Of a DNA stretch of 64,000 bases, positions 18,913 to 30,412 are shown piece by piece. The translations under genes and the position numbers were made by a program. The notes beneath the pieces are model-generated. The model was not told where the DNA came from and made no database searches. It saw only the letters and a list, made by a program, of their open reading frames with translations. The stretch is from Methanoregula sp. (GTDB lineage: Archaea > Halobacteriota > Methanomicrobia > Methanomicrobiales > Methanospirillaceae), in assembly GCA_039698055.1 (NCBI GenBank), contig JBDKTL010000007.1:53884-117883 (forward strand), in the 5' to 3' direction. Each line of letters starts with the position of its first letter. Positions within the stretch are counted from its first letter, which is position 1.

Positions 18913-19788
18913 TTATTTCAGGGAGATCATCGTCCCGACACCATCATGGGTGAACAGCTCAAGGAGCAGGTTGTGCTCCACATTCCCGTTGATAATATGG
19001 GAATAAGGGACTCCATTTTCCACGGCTTTGATGACGGACTGGACTTTTGGGATCATTCCCTCCCCTATTTCCCCGGATTTGAACATTGAGTGCGCTTCCA
19101 CAATAGTCAGTTTCCTGTATACCTGGGTGCGTTTGGCATCCATAACACCATCCACATCGGTCATGTTGATCAGTTTGAACGCTTTAAGGGCAACCGCGAT
19201 ATCCCCTGCCGCCGTATCTGCATTGATATTCAGGATGCCTCCAAACCGATCGATGGCGATAGGGGATACGACAGGTATATAGTCCCGTTCGAGCAGTGTC
19301 GTGAGAAGAGCCGGATCAATCCACTCGATCTCGCCGACGTGACCGAGATCCACTTCCTTTTCCACACCCTTATCCGTCACTTTCTGGGGGTCCATCTTTC
19401 GGGCAATGATCATGTTCCCGTCGCTGCCAGACAGCCCGACACCCCGTGCACCACATTTTGCAATCAGGGATACGATGCCTTTATTGATCTTTCCCACGAG
19501 CACCATCTGGGCAATTTCGAGGGTCTCTGCATCAGTTACCCGCAGGCCTCCGACAAACACGGATTCCTTGCCAAGCGCTTTCATCTTCTCGGAGATTTCA
19601 GGCCCGCCTCCGTGAACGAGCACAACATGGATTCCCACGTAATGCAGGAGCACCGCGTCCCTGATGGCATTCTCAAGGACAACCGGGTCCACCATTGCAT
19701 GCCCGCCGAGTTTTATGACAATCGTCTTGCCATGGAACTGCTGGATATACGGGAGGGCTTCCATGAGGACGTCCTCGCGCTTCATCAT
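18913..19788 (-). CDS. argB: Acetylglutamate kinase
   Basis: [24 protein letters not shown] and GMIPKV. Confidence 0.96.
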   Translation of the reverse strand: MMKREDVLMEALPYIQQFHGKTIVIKLGGHAMVDPVVLENAIRDAVLLHYVGIHVVLVHGGGPEISEKMKALGKESVFVGGLRVTDAETLEIAQMVLVGKINKGIVSLIAKCGARGVGLSGSDGNMIIARKMDPQKVTDKGVEKEVDLGHVGEIEWIDPALLTTLLERDYIPVVSPIAIDRFGGILNINADTAAGDIAVALKAFKLINMTDVDGVMDAKRTQVYRKLTIVEAHSMFKSGEIGEGMIPKVQSVIKAVENGVPYSHIINGNVEHNLLLELFTHDGVGTMISLK

Positions 19789-20942
19789 GTGGTGTACCTC
19801 CCGTTGATCTCAACGTACTTTTCTGTCAGGTCGCAGCCCCATGCAGTTGCCTCGGCCTCCCCGGCTGCGAGGTCCAGATCGAAGATAACTTTTTTCCCGT
19901 GCATGGCCTCTTTTGCCTTTTTGAGGTCGGCAATAATCTCCCCGGATTTCACAAGGAGATACCGGTGGGTTCCATCGCCGATCCACAGGGAGCAGGCGTT
20001 TGGATCGAACTTTACGCCCGCACGCCCGGCTGCTGCCACGACCCGCCCCCAGTTGGGATCTTCACCATATACCGCAGTTTTCACAAGCGGTGATTCAATA
20101 ATTGTCCGTGCGACTTTAGCCGCTGCATCTTCTTTTGGCGCACCGCGAACCGTCATCTCGATCAGTTTCGTCGCACCTTCCCCGTCCATCGCTATCTGGA
20201 TGGCAAGGTTTTTACAGCATTCCTCAAGCGCCGCGGAAAATTCATCGGGGTTGACTCTGCCAGCCTCACCGGTTGCCGTACAGAGCGCAATATCATTGGT
20301 GCTGGTATCGCCATCAACGACAACCCGGTTAAATGAACGCTTTGTGGCCTGCTTCAGCGCGGCGGCAAGCGGTTTTGCCGCTATCTCTGCGTCCGTGTAG
20401 ACGAACGCAAGCATGGTTCCCATGTTTGGTGCGATCATACCGCTTCCCTTTGCAATACCCCCGATACTGAATGTTTCCCGCTGCACCAGCGCGTGTTTGG
20501 GAAACGTATCGGTCGTCATAATTGCTTTGGCGGTGAGTGCTTCAGTTTCTGCGGTGTGCCCGAGTTTTAAAGCGGTAGCGGCACACTGGCGGCGGATAAG
20601 CGGAAGATCGACAAAGCGTCCGATCACTCCGGTGCTTGCCACACCGACATGGGATGCCTCCACACCCAGCGCAGAACCGGCAAATTCTGTCATGGCAACA
20701 GCATCGTCATACCCTTTTTTCCCGGTATAGGCATTTGCACACCCGCTGTTTGCAATGACGGCATCGAGCGCTCCTTTTTTTATCTGCTTTCGCATCAGCT
20801 CAATGGGTGCCGCTCGTGCAAGATTTTCAGTAAATACACCAGCAGCTGTCCCGCTTGCCCGTATAAGGGCCAGCCCAAATTTTCCTTCCTTCACACCGTA
20901 GGCTGTTACACCCGGTATGGCACAGATGCTTTTCATCTTCAT
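19785..20942 (-). CDS. argJ: Ornithine acetyltransferase / N-acetylglutamate synthase
   Basis: [39 protein letters not shown] and PNWGR. Confidence 0.96.
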   Translation of the reverse strand: MKMKSICAIPGVTAYGVKEGKFGLALIRASGTAAGVFTENLARAAPIELMRKQIKKGALDAVIANSGCANAYTGKKGYDDAVAMTEFAGSALGVEASHVGVASTGVIGRFVDLPLIRRQCAATALKLGHTAETEALTAKAIMTTDTFPKHALVQRETFSIGGIAKGSGMIAPNMGTMLAFVYTDAEIAAKPLAAALKQATKRSFNRVVVDGDTSTNDIALCTATGEAGRVNPDEFSAALEECCKNLAIQIAMDGEGATKLIEMTVRGAPKEDAAAKVARTIIESPLVKTAVYGEDPNWGRVVAAAGRAGVKFDPNACSLWIGDGTHRYLLVKSGEIIADLKKAKEAMHGKKVIFDLDLAAGEAEATAWGCDLTEKYVEINGRYTT

Positions 20943-21436
20943 GTGTTCATTCCTTCGTTAGCCTTTGTGTAGGATGATCCCAGTGCCTGAATAATATCTG
21001 CCCTGGTAAGAATTCCCACGAGTTGTTTTCCCCTCACAACAGGGAGCCGGGTAATACCCTCTTTGAGCATCAGCGCCGCTGCTGCCTCGATATCCATATC
21101 CTCTGTTACTGTGATCACACGGTGCGTCATCACTTTCTTTACCGGTGTATCCCCAATATTGCGCAGGGCATGTTTGGTTTTTTCCCAGTTGACATATTCC
21201 CGGATCGGGACCTCGATAATCTCCAGCGGTGAAGGGAGCCAGAGATCATCAGATATCCGTTCTGTCTGGAGCTGCGCGATGACATCTGATTCCGTGAGAA
21301 TCCCTGCAAGTTCATCACCGTCCATCACCGGAAGCCCTCCGATATGGTGCAGCCGCAGCAGTCCGACTGCTTCACGGAGGGGTGTATTGAGTGTGCATGT
21401 GATTGGGGTTTTTGTCATGGTTTCAAAAACAAGCAT
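20939..21436 (-). CDS. CBS domain pair protein
   Basis: Two CBS repeats (GLPV..GILTESD; RLPV..GILTRAD). Confidence 0.88.
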   Translation of the reverse strand: MLVFETMTKTPITCTLNTPLREAVGLLRLHHIGGLPVMDGDELAGILTESDVIAQLQTERISDDLWLPSPLEIIEVPIREYVNWEKTKHALRNIGDTPVKKVMTHRVITVTEDMDIEAAAALMLKEGITRLPVVRGKQLVGILTRADIIQALGSSYTKANEGMNT

Positions 21437-21446
21437 ATCTGATCAC

Positions 21447-22433
21447 CTATGGTAGTATACCGGCAGCCATAAGACCGTCGGTTTCCTTAAACCCGCACAT
21501 CAGGTTCATGTTCTGGATCGCCTGCCCACTCGCACCTTTCACGAGATTATCAATTGCAGATATCGCAACAACCCGTAATCCTTCGCTTTCAACCATTATG
21601 TCGCAGAAGTTACTGCCGCGTACGGCAGAGAGCATGGGTTTCTGGTACCGGACAAAATATTCATTTTTGTAATAATCTTTGTACAGTTTTTCAACCTCTT
21701 TTGTGTCCATCGGCTCATTGAGCAGGATATGGGCGGTAGTCAGGATGCCCCGGTTTACGGGTACGAGATGGGGTGTGAAGTAACATCGTGCGGTTGAGCC
21801 TAATCCTGCAAGTTCCTGTTTCATCTCCGCAAGATGCCGGTGGGAGGTCAGTTTGTAGGCTCCGACATTGTCACCGACATTGGGGTAGTGGGTTGTCGCT
21901 GAAGGGTTGTCACCGGCACCACTCACACCTGTTTTTGAGTCGTAAATAACGGTATGGGCATATTTTGCAAGCGGAGCTGCAGCAAGCGTTGCGCCGGTGG
22001 GGAAACAGCCGGGATTTGCCACAAATTTCGCATTTATGCATTCTTTGCGGTGGATCTCAGGGATACCATACGGTGCTTTGAAATAATCAGTATGGGTGAC
22101 ACCGTATGTTTTTTCATAAATATCCTTTGGCAACCGGTAATCTGCGCTTAAATCGACGACTTTGATCCCCCGGGACAGAAGTGCGCCGGCATAGGTCATT
22201 GCAGCAGTATGCGGGACGGCAAGAAATGCAACGTCTGCATCGATCGAATCCGTCTGCGGGTTCTCAAACATGAGATTTGTGAACCCTTTCAGATGAGGAT
22301 GGATCTGATCAAGCGGTGTGCCTGCCAGTTTGCGTGACGTGGCAGTGACCACCTCCGCAGAAGAGTGCTGGTACAGGAGGCGGATCAGCTCCCCACCGGC
22401 ATACCCGGACGCTCCGATAATCGCAACTTTCAT
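21447..22433 (-). CDS. argC: N-acetyl-gamma-glutamyl-phosphate reductase
   Basis: GASGYAG, DLSADYR, NPGCFPT and [11 protein letters not shown]; start MKVAII. Confidence 0.96.
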   Translation of the reverse strand: MKVAIIGASGYAGGELIRLLYQHSSAEVVTATSRKLAGTPLDQIHPHLKGFTNLMFENPQTDSIDADVAFLAVPHTAAMTYAGALLSRGIKVVDLSADYRLPKDIYEKTYGVTHTDYFKAPYGIPEIHRKECINAKFVANPGCFPTGATLAAAPLAKYAHTVIYDSKTGVSGAGDNPSATTHYPNVGDNVGAYKLTSHRHLAEMKQELAGLGSTARCYFTPHLVPVNRGILTTAHILLNEPMDTKEVEKLYKDYYKNEYFVRYQKPMLSAVRGSNFCDIMVESEGLRVVAISAIDNLVKGASGQAIQNMNLMCGFKETDGLMAAGILP

Positions 22434-22569
22434 AAAAGAATATCTGGTTGCCAAAACTTAACCTTTATTGGAAGAGAAGAGGAAAATTCTGGCAAAACCA
22501 GTTTATTTTTCGTGAAATCCGGAGTATAACAGATTCCGGGAATTGTTTTACACATGAAAAACAAGTGAT

Positions 22570-23484
22570 CTATTTCAGGTCAAGCTTTCGGTTGTAGATG
22601 CTGAACAGGCGCTGGGCAATAAGTTCAATCCTCTGCCGGTCTTCGAGACCATCAAGGAGATCGGCCGGAATTGCGCCCATACCTTTGCTCGCACCAAGGT
22701 ATGCTCCGCAGAGAAACGCGATGGTATCCGTGTTACCCCCGGTATTTGCCGCGACGGTCAGGAGATCGGCAGGCCGGGTATATCGCCGGATCAAAAAAAA
22801 GGTGATAGGAAGGGTCTGGAAAAGGGAGACATCGTTGCCTATTTTTAAAAGTGCGGTTTCTACATCCATCCCCTCTTTTTCAAGAATAAGGGCGTTATGT
22901 ATTCGGCCGCCAAGCACTTCATCTTCACATGAAGCTTTCTGCTGCGCCAGTTCAATGGGGTTTGGGCTGTCGTGCAGGGTATGATAGATCAGGGACACAA
23001 ACGTCGATACTGCGGCATGTGCAGCCGGGTGGGACTGGGTAACATTTGCGGCCCGGACTGCCCGTTCACACGCTTCATTAAGATCCGGGTAGGAAAGGGC
23101 AAACGGGATCGATACCGGCAGGCATCCGGCAGTTGTGGATTTTACCCCGCTTGGGCGGTGCACATCCTTTATGAGATGATCACACGCAACCGACACCGAG
23201 CTATCAGGGAAACGTATGACTTCACGAAGATAAAGCTCTTTTAATGCTTCGGCATACCGCTCATCGGTATACCGTCCATCGGCAAGAAGTGTTGCAATCA
23301 GGATCATTATCTGGGTATCATCAGTATACTGCCCGGCTTTTAACCCTTCATTTGGGTGACCCTTGTAGGCATTCCTGTACCCGTACCGCATTTTATTGAT
23401 ACTGGGCGTCGTACTTTCGTTTGGCATACCCAGTGCGTCCCCCACTGCAGCACCAAGCATACAACCCTTCATTTTATCCAGCAT
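22570..23484 (-). CDS. ADP-ribosylglycohydrolase (DraG/ARH family)
   Basis: GAAVGDALG, YTDDTQ, TQSH and GGNTDT motifs. Confidence 0.88.
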   Translation of the reverse strand: MLDKMKGCMLGAAVGDALGMPNESTTPSINKMRYGYRNAYKGHPNEGLKAGQYTDDTQIMILIATLLADGRYTDERYAEALKELYLREVIRFPDSSVSVACDHLIKDVHRPSGVKSTTAGCLPVSIPFALSYPDLNEACERAVRAANVTQSHPAAHAAVSTFVSLIYHTLHDSPNPIELAQQKASCEDEVLGGRIHNALILEKEGMDVETALLKIGNDVSLFQTLPITFFLIRRYTRPADLLTVAANTGGNTDTIAFLCGAYLGASKGMGAIPADLLDGLEDRQRIELIAQRLFSIYNRKLDLK

Positions 23485-23695
23485 TAATAGAGTATTGAAA
23501 TACACCGCTAGATAATTCTTCTTCTGATTTTTTGCTTTTTTTTAGAATCCGGTCGATATTGTGTATTTTTCCGCCAGAATACCACCCAGTCCAAATATCT
23601 TCTGAATTACGGGATATGATATCCTCTGATTTATTCAACCGCCCAAATTTAATATATAGTAATGCCATGATTAATAATGTAGAATCGGGGGAGGC

Positions 23696-25594
23696 ATGAC
23701 CGAAGACTTTGATGTCAGACTGGTTGAGAATGCAAAGTACTACACGCCAGGTGAGGAATACAAAAGGGATTCATGGATCGGCGATTACCAGAAAGCGTAT
23801 GACCGGTTCCTTGCAGATCCGGTTGCGTTCTGGAACGGAATTGCCCAGGATCTTGAATGGATTCAGCCGTGGGACAATGTCCGTGAATGGAATTACCCGT
23901 ACGCGAAATGGTTCGTAAACGCCAAACTCAACATCACTGCCAACTGCCTTGACCGGCATGTTAAAAACGGCAGGCGCAACAAAGTTGCCCTGATCTGGCG
24001 GGGTGAAGGCGGCGCAGAGCGGGTATATACCTACCAGCGGCTGTTAAGCGAAGTGATGCGTTTTGCCAACGGCCTTAAAAAACTGGGCGTAACAAAAGGC
24101 GATGTTGTCTGTATCTATATGCCCATGATTCCCGAGCAGATCATTGCAATGCTCGCATGCGCCCGAATTGGTGCAGTCCACAGCGTCGTATTTGCCGGAT
24201 TTGGTTCCACCGCACTCAATATGCGGATCCGTGATGCAGGGGCAAAAATTGTCATCACCTCGGATATCTCCATCCGGCGGGGAAAAGCGATACCCCTTAT
24301 CACCATTGTGCAGGAGGCAATCAACAACACGCCGACTGTAGAGCATGTCATTATCCACAGCAGGCGCAGGGAACCGCCGGTCAATATCCACCCGGATTTT
24401 GAGCTGGATTTCTACGAGATCATGGAGGGTATTGACCGGGAATGCCCGCCGGAAGTTATGGATGCAGAAGACCCGCTCTTTATTCTCTACACCAGCGGTT
24501 CTACCGGTACCCCCAAAGGAGTTGTCCACACGTGCGCCGGTTACATGGTGGGAACGTATTATACCTGCAAAGCAGTCTTTGACATCAAGGATGAGGATAT
24601 TTACTGGTGCACTGCAGATCCCGGCTGGATCACCGGTCACAGCTACCTTATCTATGGACCGCTGGCAGCCGGTGCCACGGTATTTGTGACAGAAATGACC
24701 GCCGATTTCCCGGATCCGGGGAGCTGGTGGAAACTGATCGAGGAGCAGCAGATCAATATCTTCTACACCGCCCCAACCGCGATCAGGATGTTCATGAAAC
24801 TGGGTGATCAGTGGCCAAAAAAATATGATCTCAGTTCGCTGCGTATTATCGGATCTGTCGGGGAGCCCCTGAATCCTGAAGCGTTTGAATGGTATTACAA
24901 AGTGATCGGAATGGAGCGGTGTCCCGTAGTGGATACGTGGTGGCAGACGGAAACCGGCATGCAGATGATCACGACAATTCTCGGAGAGCGGATGCGGCCG
25001 GGGTTTGCCGGAAAAGCAATCCCGGGTGTGATAGCAGATGTTGTGAATAAAACAGGTACACCGGTTCCAACGGGAACCATGGGATTCCTTGTCATCAAAG
25101 AACCGTGGCCGTCAATGTTTCGCACGGTTTACAAAAACGATGAGCGATACCGGAATTACTGGTATACAATCAAGGACTGCTACATGGCCGGAGATCTCGC
25201 GGTTAAAGGCAACGACGGGTATATTATGGTGCTCGGGAGATCGGACGATATCATCATCGTATCCGGGCACAACATCGGAACTGCCGAAGTGGAAAGCGCT
25301 CTCGTATCCCATCATGCAGTCGCCGAATCGGCAGTGATTGGGAAACCCGATCCCCTCAAAGGCAACTCGATTAAGGCGTTCGTAATCCTGAAACTGGGGA
25401 ACCAGCCAAGTGAAAAACTCACCAAAGACCTGATCTATCATGTTCGCATGACCCTTGGCCCCATCGCAGTGCCGCATGAGATAGAGTACGTGGATAAACT
25501 TCCCAAAACAAGAAGCGGGAAGATCATGCGGCGGGTGCTTAAGGCAAAAGAGATGGGTATCGATCCCGGTGACACCTCAACGCTGGATGAATAA
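23696..25594 (+). CDS. acs: AMP-forming acetyl-CoA synthetase
   Basis: [32 protein letters not shown] and [11 protein letters not shown]. Confidence 0.96.
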   Translation: MTEDFDVRLVENAKYYTPGEEYKRDSWIGDYQKAYDRFLADPVAFWNGIAQDLEWIQPWDNVREWNYPYAKWFVNAKLNITANCLDRHVKNGRRNKVALIWRGEGGAERVYTYQRLLSEVMRFANGLKKLGVTKGDVVCIYMPMIPEQIIAMLACARIGAVHSVVFAGFGSTALNMRIRDAGAKIVITSDISIRRGKAIPLITIVQEAINNTPTVEHVIIHSRRREPPVNIHPDFELDFYEIMEGIDRECPPEVMDAEDPLFILYTSGSTGTPKGVVHTCAGYMVGTYYTCKAVFDIKDEDIYWCTADPGWITGHSYLIYGPLAAGATVFVTEMTADFPDPGSWWKLIEEQQINIFYTAPTAIRMFMKLGDQWPKKYDLSSLRIIGSVGEPLNPEAFEWYYKVIGMERCPVVDTWWQTETGMQMITTILGERMRPGFAGKAIPGVIADVVNKTGTPVPTGTMGFLVIKEPWPSMFRTVYKNDERYRNYWYTIKDCYMAGDLAVKGNDGYIMVLGRSDDIIIVSGHNIGTAEVESALVSHHAVAESAVIGKPDPLKGNSIKAFVILKLGNQPSEKLTKDLIYHVRMTLGPIAVPHEIEYVDKLPKTRSGKIMRRVLKAKEMGIDPGDTSTLDE

Positions 25595-25662
25595 TCACCA
25601 TTTTCACGTTTGATGGTAGCAACTCCTGAACAAATCCCAACAAAAATCTTTTGAGGAAATAC

Positions 25663-26922
25663 ATGAGCGAAATGGTTATAGAAAAAATATTCGGCATGGA
25701 ACCTGAAACCGGGCGATGGACAATGGTCATACTCGGTATGATCATCAACCTGTGTCTTGGCGCTATTTATTCCTGGAGCGTCTTTGTCCAGCCGCTCACA
25801 GACTACTTTACCAAAACACTGGGCCAGCAGGTAACCGCAAGCGAGATCCTTCTTCCGTTCTCCGTCTTTCTCGCATTCTTTGCCATAGCGATGCCATTCA
25901 CCGGTAAATACATAGACCGGTTCGGACCACGAAATGTGATCATCGTCGGGGGAATCCTGACGGGGCTTGGCTGGCTGCTCGCATCTTTTGCACAGTCGGT
26001 GCCGATGCTGTACGTGATGTATGGTGTAATCGGAGGGGTTGGCGTCGGGATTGCATATGGTGTGCCGGTGGCAGTCTCTGCCCGGTGGTTTCCTGACAAG
26101 CGAGGGCTCGCAGTCGGGCTCACGGTGCTCGGTTTCGGATTCTCTGCATTCCTGACTGCAAACATTGCGGGACTGTTTATCTCCTCGTATGGGGTGATGA
26201 ACACCTTCAGGATATTTGGCATTGCATTTGTTGTTCTTACGATACTGCTCGCACTGCCTTTGAAATTCCCCCCCGTGGGCTGGGTTCCAAAAGGATGGGC
26301 TCCCCCTGCACTTAAACCGGGCGAGCAGAGGGGTTGTGAGATGAACCGGGCGCAGATGCTTAAAACAACTTCATTCTACGGGCTCTGGTGCTGCTATTTC
26401 ATCGGGTGTCTTGCCGGCCTTACGGCAATTTCTATCGCAAAACCCGTCGGAACAGAGGTTGTGCACATCGGAGCAGGACTTGCCATATTCCTTGTCGGGT
26501 TCTTTGCTATATTTAATGGGGGCGGACGACCGGTTTTTGGTGCGTTCACGGACCGGTTTACTCCACGGAACACAGCTATCCTCTCGTTTATCCTCATCGC
26601 ATTTGCTTCACTCATCATGTGGCAAATCCCGAAAGAACCGGTGTACATCCTTGCCTTTGCACTGCTCTGGGGCTGCCTCGGGGGCTGGCTTGCAATCGCC
26701 CCAGCAACCTGTGGCAGTTATTTTGGCACCTGCGATTATCCTAGATGTTACGGAATTCTCTTCCTTGCCTATGGGGCAGGGGCCATTGCAGGGCCGCAGC
26801 TTGCAGGATTTATCAAAACGTCAAGCGGTTCGTACCTGGGTGTGTTTCCCTGTGTGCTTGCCCTCGCCATCATCGGTATCGGTATTGCCGCATTCACCCT
26901 GAAACCACCAAGGGCATTATAA
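25663..26922 (+). CDS. MFS transporter, oxalate/formate antiporter (monocarboxylate) family
   Basis: YSWSVF, RWFPDKRGLAVG and FNGGGR..G..TDR; ~12 TM segments. Confidence 0.87.
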   Translation: MSEMVIEKIFGMEPETGRWTMVILGMIINLCLGAIYSWSVFVQPLTDYFTKTLGQQVTASEILLPFSVFLAFFAIAMPFTGKYIDRFGPRNVIIVGGILTGLGWLLASFAQSVPMLYVMYGVIGGVGVGIAYGVPVAVSARWFPDKRGLAVGLTVLGFGFSAFLTANIAGLFISSYGVMNTFRIFGIAFVVLTILLALPLKFPPVGWVPKGWAPPALKPGEQRGCEMNRAQMLKTTSFYGLWCCYFIGCLAGLTAISIAKPVGTEVVHIGAGLAIFLVGFFAIFNGGGRPVFGAFTDRFTPRNTAILSFILIAFASLIMWQIPKEPVYILAFALLWGCLGGWLAIAPATCGSYFGTCDYPRCYGILFLAYGAGAIAGPQLAGFIKTSSGSYLGVFPCVLALAIIGIGIAAFTLKPPRAL

Positions 26923-26950
26923 AAAGGATTTTTTTATTTTTTAGATTCGT

Positions 26951-28066
26951 TCATGTGATGCACATACCAGGATGGCAGATTGTCTTTCGTTGTGCAATCC
27001 GGTACCCTGATATTACCAGTATACTCTCCCCAAATGCTGCGTCAAGAATTGGATCGCCGGTATCTACATAGAGCAGCGGGGTGTCCCGCAGTTTGTGTGG
27101 TGTCGCAACAACGATGATACCGCATACACCGACTTTTCTAAGCACCTCTGCACTAATCTGCTGGTTTCCCCTCCCAAAAACAAATCCCTGTGCACCGATA
27201 GGACTGACAATAATCCGGACGTCTTTTTCTTTTTCGATGAGATTGATAAGGCTTTTTTCATTGACATCACGGGCGACAAGCTTTCCATTTTGTATCACAT
27301 CGACGCCCAGAAGAGTTTTGCCAACACCCAGACTGCGTGCGATGGCTTCCGTGGTTGTCCCGGCACCAATGATACACAGGGTATCCGGCTTGATCACTTC
27401 GCCCATGAACCTCGCAATCTCATTCTTGGCACGCTCTTCGTCCTCCTCTTCAAAAACCTGCTTTGCGTGCTGCATTGTTCCCGGAAGTGACGGAACCCGG
27501 GCAATGCCATAAAGCCGTGTCTTTAATTCCCCGGCACGATACGCATCCTCATCGACATCCATGATCTCAGCATCCCGCAGAACGATTGATGTATCGTCCT
27601 TTACCAGCTCTGCGGCAGTTGCCGGGTTGACGGCAAACACCGCAGAATACATCTTCACTCCTGCAGGGATGCCCAGCAGGGGAACCCTTCTCTTTACTCT
27701 ATCAAAAATATCACGGGCTGTGCCATCACCGCCGCAGAACAGGATCAGGTCACAGCCTTGTTCCACGATAATCTGCGCTGCCCTTTGTGTGTCCTGTGCG
27801 GAACTTTCGCCCTTGTATTCATACACCACCCGATAATCGGTGATCCCAACCTCTTTGAGAGTATCTTCTCCCATTGCACCGGAGCAGGTTAAAAAACACA
27901 GGTCGCCGGTGTTCTTTACGTGTTCAAGTGTAGTTTTTGCCCGCGTGGGAGATCGCGGCACGGCCCCCCGCTGGCGCGCTTTTTCTGATGCCCCATCGGT
28001 ACCTTTGAGTCCGACGGATCCTCCCATTCCGGCGATGGGATTAACGATCAGACCAACACGCTTCAT
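26951..28066 (-). CDS. ATP-NAD kinase / AcoX-like family protein
   Basis: NPIAGMGG.VGLKGTDG, GGDGTARD, PAGVKMYS and GRGNQQ. Confidence 0.85.
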   Translation of the reverse strand: MKRVGLIVNPIAGMGGSVGLKGTDGASEKARQRGAVPRSPTRAKTTLEHVKNTGDLCFLTCSGAMGEDTLKEVGITDYRVVYEYKGESSAQDTQRAAQIIVEQGCDLILFCGGDGTARDIFDRVKRRVPLLGIPAGVKMYSAVFAVNPATAAELVKDDTSIVLRDAEIMDVDEDAYRAGELKTRLYGIARVPSLPGTMQHAKQVFEEEDEERAKNEIARFMGEVIKPDTLCIIGAGTTTEAIARSLGVGKTLLGVDVIQNGKLVARDVNEKSLINLIEKEKDVRIIVSPIGAQGFVFGRGNQQISAEVLRKVGVCGIIVVATPHKLRDTPLLYVDTGDPILDAAFGESILVISGYRIAQRKTICHPGMCIT

Positions 28067-28077
28067 GAAAAACGGTT

Positions 28078-29436
28078 TTATGGTATTGCCGGCAGGCGGG
28101 CAAGTGCTTCCTGTACCAGTTCTGCCGGGTATTCATAGTCCACCAGTTTCCCCTGGTAGAACGCATCGTACGAGCTCATGTCGAAGTTGCCGTGGCCGGA
28201 GTTATTGAAGAGGATCGTCTTTGCTTCACCGGTCTTTTTGCAGATGAGCGCCTCATCAATCGCCGCTTTGACGGCATGGGCAGATTCCGGCGCGACAATA
28301 ATTCCCTCAGTCCGGGCAAACGTCTGGGCGGCCTCAAAGACTTCATTCTGGTGGTACGCAACGGCCTCCATCACCCCTTCATGGACAAGTTTTGAGACGA
28401 TCGGGGAATCACCATGGTAGCGGAGCCCTCCGGCGTGGATTGCCGCCGGGATAAAATCGTGGCCAAGCGTAAACATCTTCATCAGGGGAGTTAATCCTGC
28501 CACATCGCCGAAATCATACGCGTATAGCCCTTTGGTAAGGCTCGGGCAGGCAGCAGGTTCGGCACCGACAATCCGGACATCGGGATGTTTTCCGGTTATT
28601 TTGTCCCCGGCAAACGGGAACGAGATCCCGGCAAAATTAGATCCACCACCCACGCACCCGATCACGACATCCGGGTATTCCTCAACCATGGCAAGCTGCT
28701 CTTTTGCTTCGAGTCCGATGATCGTCTGGTGGAGACAGACATGGTTCAGCACGGAGCCAAGCGAGTAATGAGTGTTGTCATGCGTCGCGGCATCCTCTAC
28801 CGCTTCAGAGATCGCAATGCCGAGGCTGCCGGGAGTATCCGGGTCTTTTTCGAGCATCGCTCTCCCGGATTGTGTTCGTGCCGTCGGGCTCGGGAGGCAC
28901 TCCGCCCCGTATACCTGCATCATAATCTTCCGGTACGGTTTCTGTTCGTAACTCGACCTGACCATGTATACCGTGCAGTCAAGATCAAAAATTTTCGTGG
29001 CAAATGAGAGCGCCGAGCCCCATTGGCCGGCCCCGGTTTCTGTGGCAATGCGCTCAATGCCTTCTTTCATATTGTAGTATGCCTGTGGCACAGAGGTATT
29101 TGTCTTGTGGCTGCCGGAAGGACTGCCCCCTTCCCACTTGTAGTAAATCTTTGCCGGGGTCTTTAAGAATTTCTCCAGCCTGTGCGCCCGGAACAGCGGG
29201 CTTGGCCGGAACAGCCGCAGGATATCCCTCACGTCCTCTGGTATGTCGATATACCGGTCACGGGAAACCTCCTGTTTGATCAACTCCAAGGGAAAGATAG
29301 GGGCGAGATCCGCAGGCACCACCGGTTTTTTTGTCTGTGGGTGAAGCGGGGGATCGAGAGGTGTCGCCAAATCTGCCTGGATGTTATACCATTTTTTTGG
29401 CATCTGCACCTCATCGAGGAGAATTTTTGTTTGCAT
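28078..29436 (-). CDS. trpB2: TrpB2-type tryptophan synthase beta-like PLP enzyme
   Basis: [30 protein letters not shown] and HAGGLRYHG; start MQTKIL. Confidence 0.93.
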   Translation of the reverse strand: MQTKILLDEVQMPKKWYNIQADLATPLDPPLHPQTKKPVVPADLAPIFPLELIKQEVSRDRYIDIPEDVRDILRLFRPSPLFRAHRLEKFLKTPAKIYYKWEGGSPSGSHKTNTSVPQAYYNMKEGIERIATETGAGQWGSALSFATKIFDLDCTVYMVRSSYEQKPYRKIMMQVYGAECLPSPTARTQSGRAMLEKDPDTPGSLGIAISEAVEDAATHDNTHYSLGSVLNHVCLHQTIIGLEAKEQLAMVEEYPDVVIGCVGGGSNFAGISFPFAGDKITGKHPDVRIVGAEPAACPSLTKGLYAYDFGDVAGLTPLMKMFTLGHDFIPAAIHAGGLRYHGDSPIVSKLVHEGVMEAVAYHQNEVFEAAQTFARTEGIIVAPESAHAVKAAIDEALICKKTGEAKTILFNNSGHGNFDMSSYDAFYQGKLVDYEYPAELVQEALARLPAIP

Positions 29437-29507
29437 ATACAACCATTGGTGTGTATAAATATATACATTATGGAACAATTTTGTGTAATAATGGTATAAA
29501 ATATACA
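29436..29507. promoter_or_regulatory. Cluster of TGTATA/TATACA half-sites upstream of trpB2
   Basis: TATACA 29436-41, TGTATA 29452-57, TATACA 29462-67, GTATA 29494-98, TATACA 29502-07. Confidence 0.4.
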
Positions 29508-29743
29508 TTTTAATGAAAGCACTACGTTTGCCGGATTCTGCAAGTACTGGTAAAGACCGCCCAAGAAGAATGCAGGCAGGAAATATGCCCGTCATCCATG
29601 AAATAACCAAAGAAAATTGTGGTTCATTGTGTGTTTTTATGGAATTTTCACTCAAAAACATATTATGAACGTATTGATAAAACATATTGAGTTTTAAAAA
29701 TCAAAATGCCGATTGAGATCAATATCTTATGTGAGGATATAGG

Positions 29744-30412
29744 ATGGACAATTCGATTCTGGATATTCTGATAAACCCTGATTCATTCTTTGGGAAACGT
29801 GTAGCCGATAAGGAGAACCTGAAAACACCCGCACTCATCGTACTTGCCGGGGCAATCATCGGAGCGATATACGGGTATATGGTCAGCGGGCTGACCGGTC
29901 GTATGCTTGCAGGACTCATGCCCGGCATGGAGACCATCATTATAATCGCAACAATTGCCGGTGCTTTGATTGGATCTTTTCTGTTCTGGGCTATCTGGGC
30001 AGGAGTGTTCTATGTCATCTCCAAGGCCTTCAAAGGAACCGGCACGTATAAACGATCTCTTGAAGTTGTTGGTTACGGTTTCCTGCCACAAATCATTGGT
30101 TCGCTTATAACACTGATCGTTTCGCTCCAGTACATCCCGAAGGTCGTTGTGCCCCAACTAACATCCGCAGCCCTTCAGGATCCTACGGCAATAACAGAAG
30201 CCACAAAGGCCCTGATGCACGATCCCGCCATGATGGAACTGACCCAGATTGCTTCTGTCATCGCGATCGTGTTTCTTCTCTGGAGCGCGAACTGCTGGAT
30301 TTTTGGAATGAAACACGCCCGTACGCTCTCCATGCGGGATGCCGCCATTTGTGTCGGCGCACCGGTGTTTGTGTACGTGCTCTACATCGTATATTCGATG
30401 GCTGGAGTCTGA
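29744..30412 (+). CDS. Yip1 family membrane protein
   Basis: ILINPDSFF start, G.Y.R.L..VGY...P pattern, ~5 TM segments. Confidence 0.85.
   Translation: MDNSILDILINPDSFFGKRVADKENLKTPALIVLAGAIIGAIYGYMVSGLTGRMLAGLMPGMETIIIIATIAGALIGSFLFWAIWAGVFYVISKAFKGTGTYKRSLEVVGYGFLPQIIGSLITLIVSLQYIPKVVVPQLTSAALQDPTAITEATKALMHDPAMMELTQIASVIAIVFLLWSANCWIFGMKHARTLSMRDAAICVGAPVFVYVLYIVYSMAGV

Noticed and set aside
19090-20400. Long antisense ORFs (436 aa here; also 1471-2331, 2669-3547, 44857-45621, 47989-48816, 62831-63844)
   Set aside because: They are shadows of well-supported genes on the opposite strand and carry no recognisable motifs.
29437-29685. 83-aa N-terminal extension of TrpB2 (and similar extensions on rbr, radC, purE, the MBL hydrolase and cofH2)
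   Set aside because: These are longest-ORF artefacts that run through promoters or neighbouring genes; family-typical starts lie downstream.
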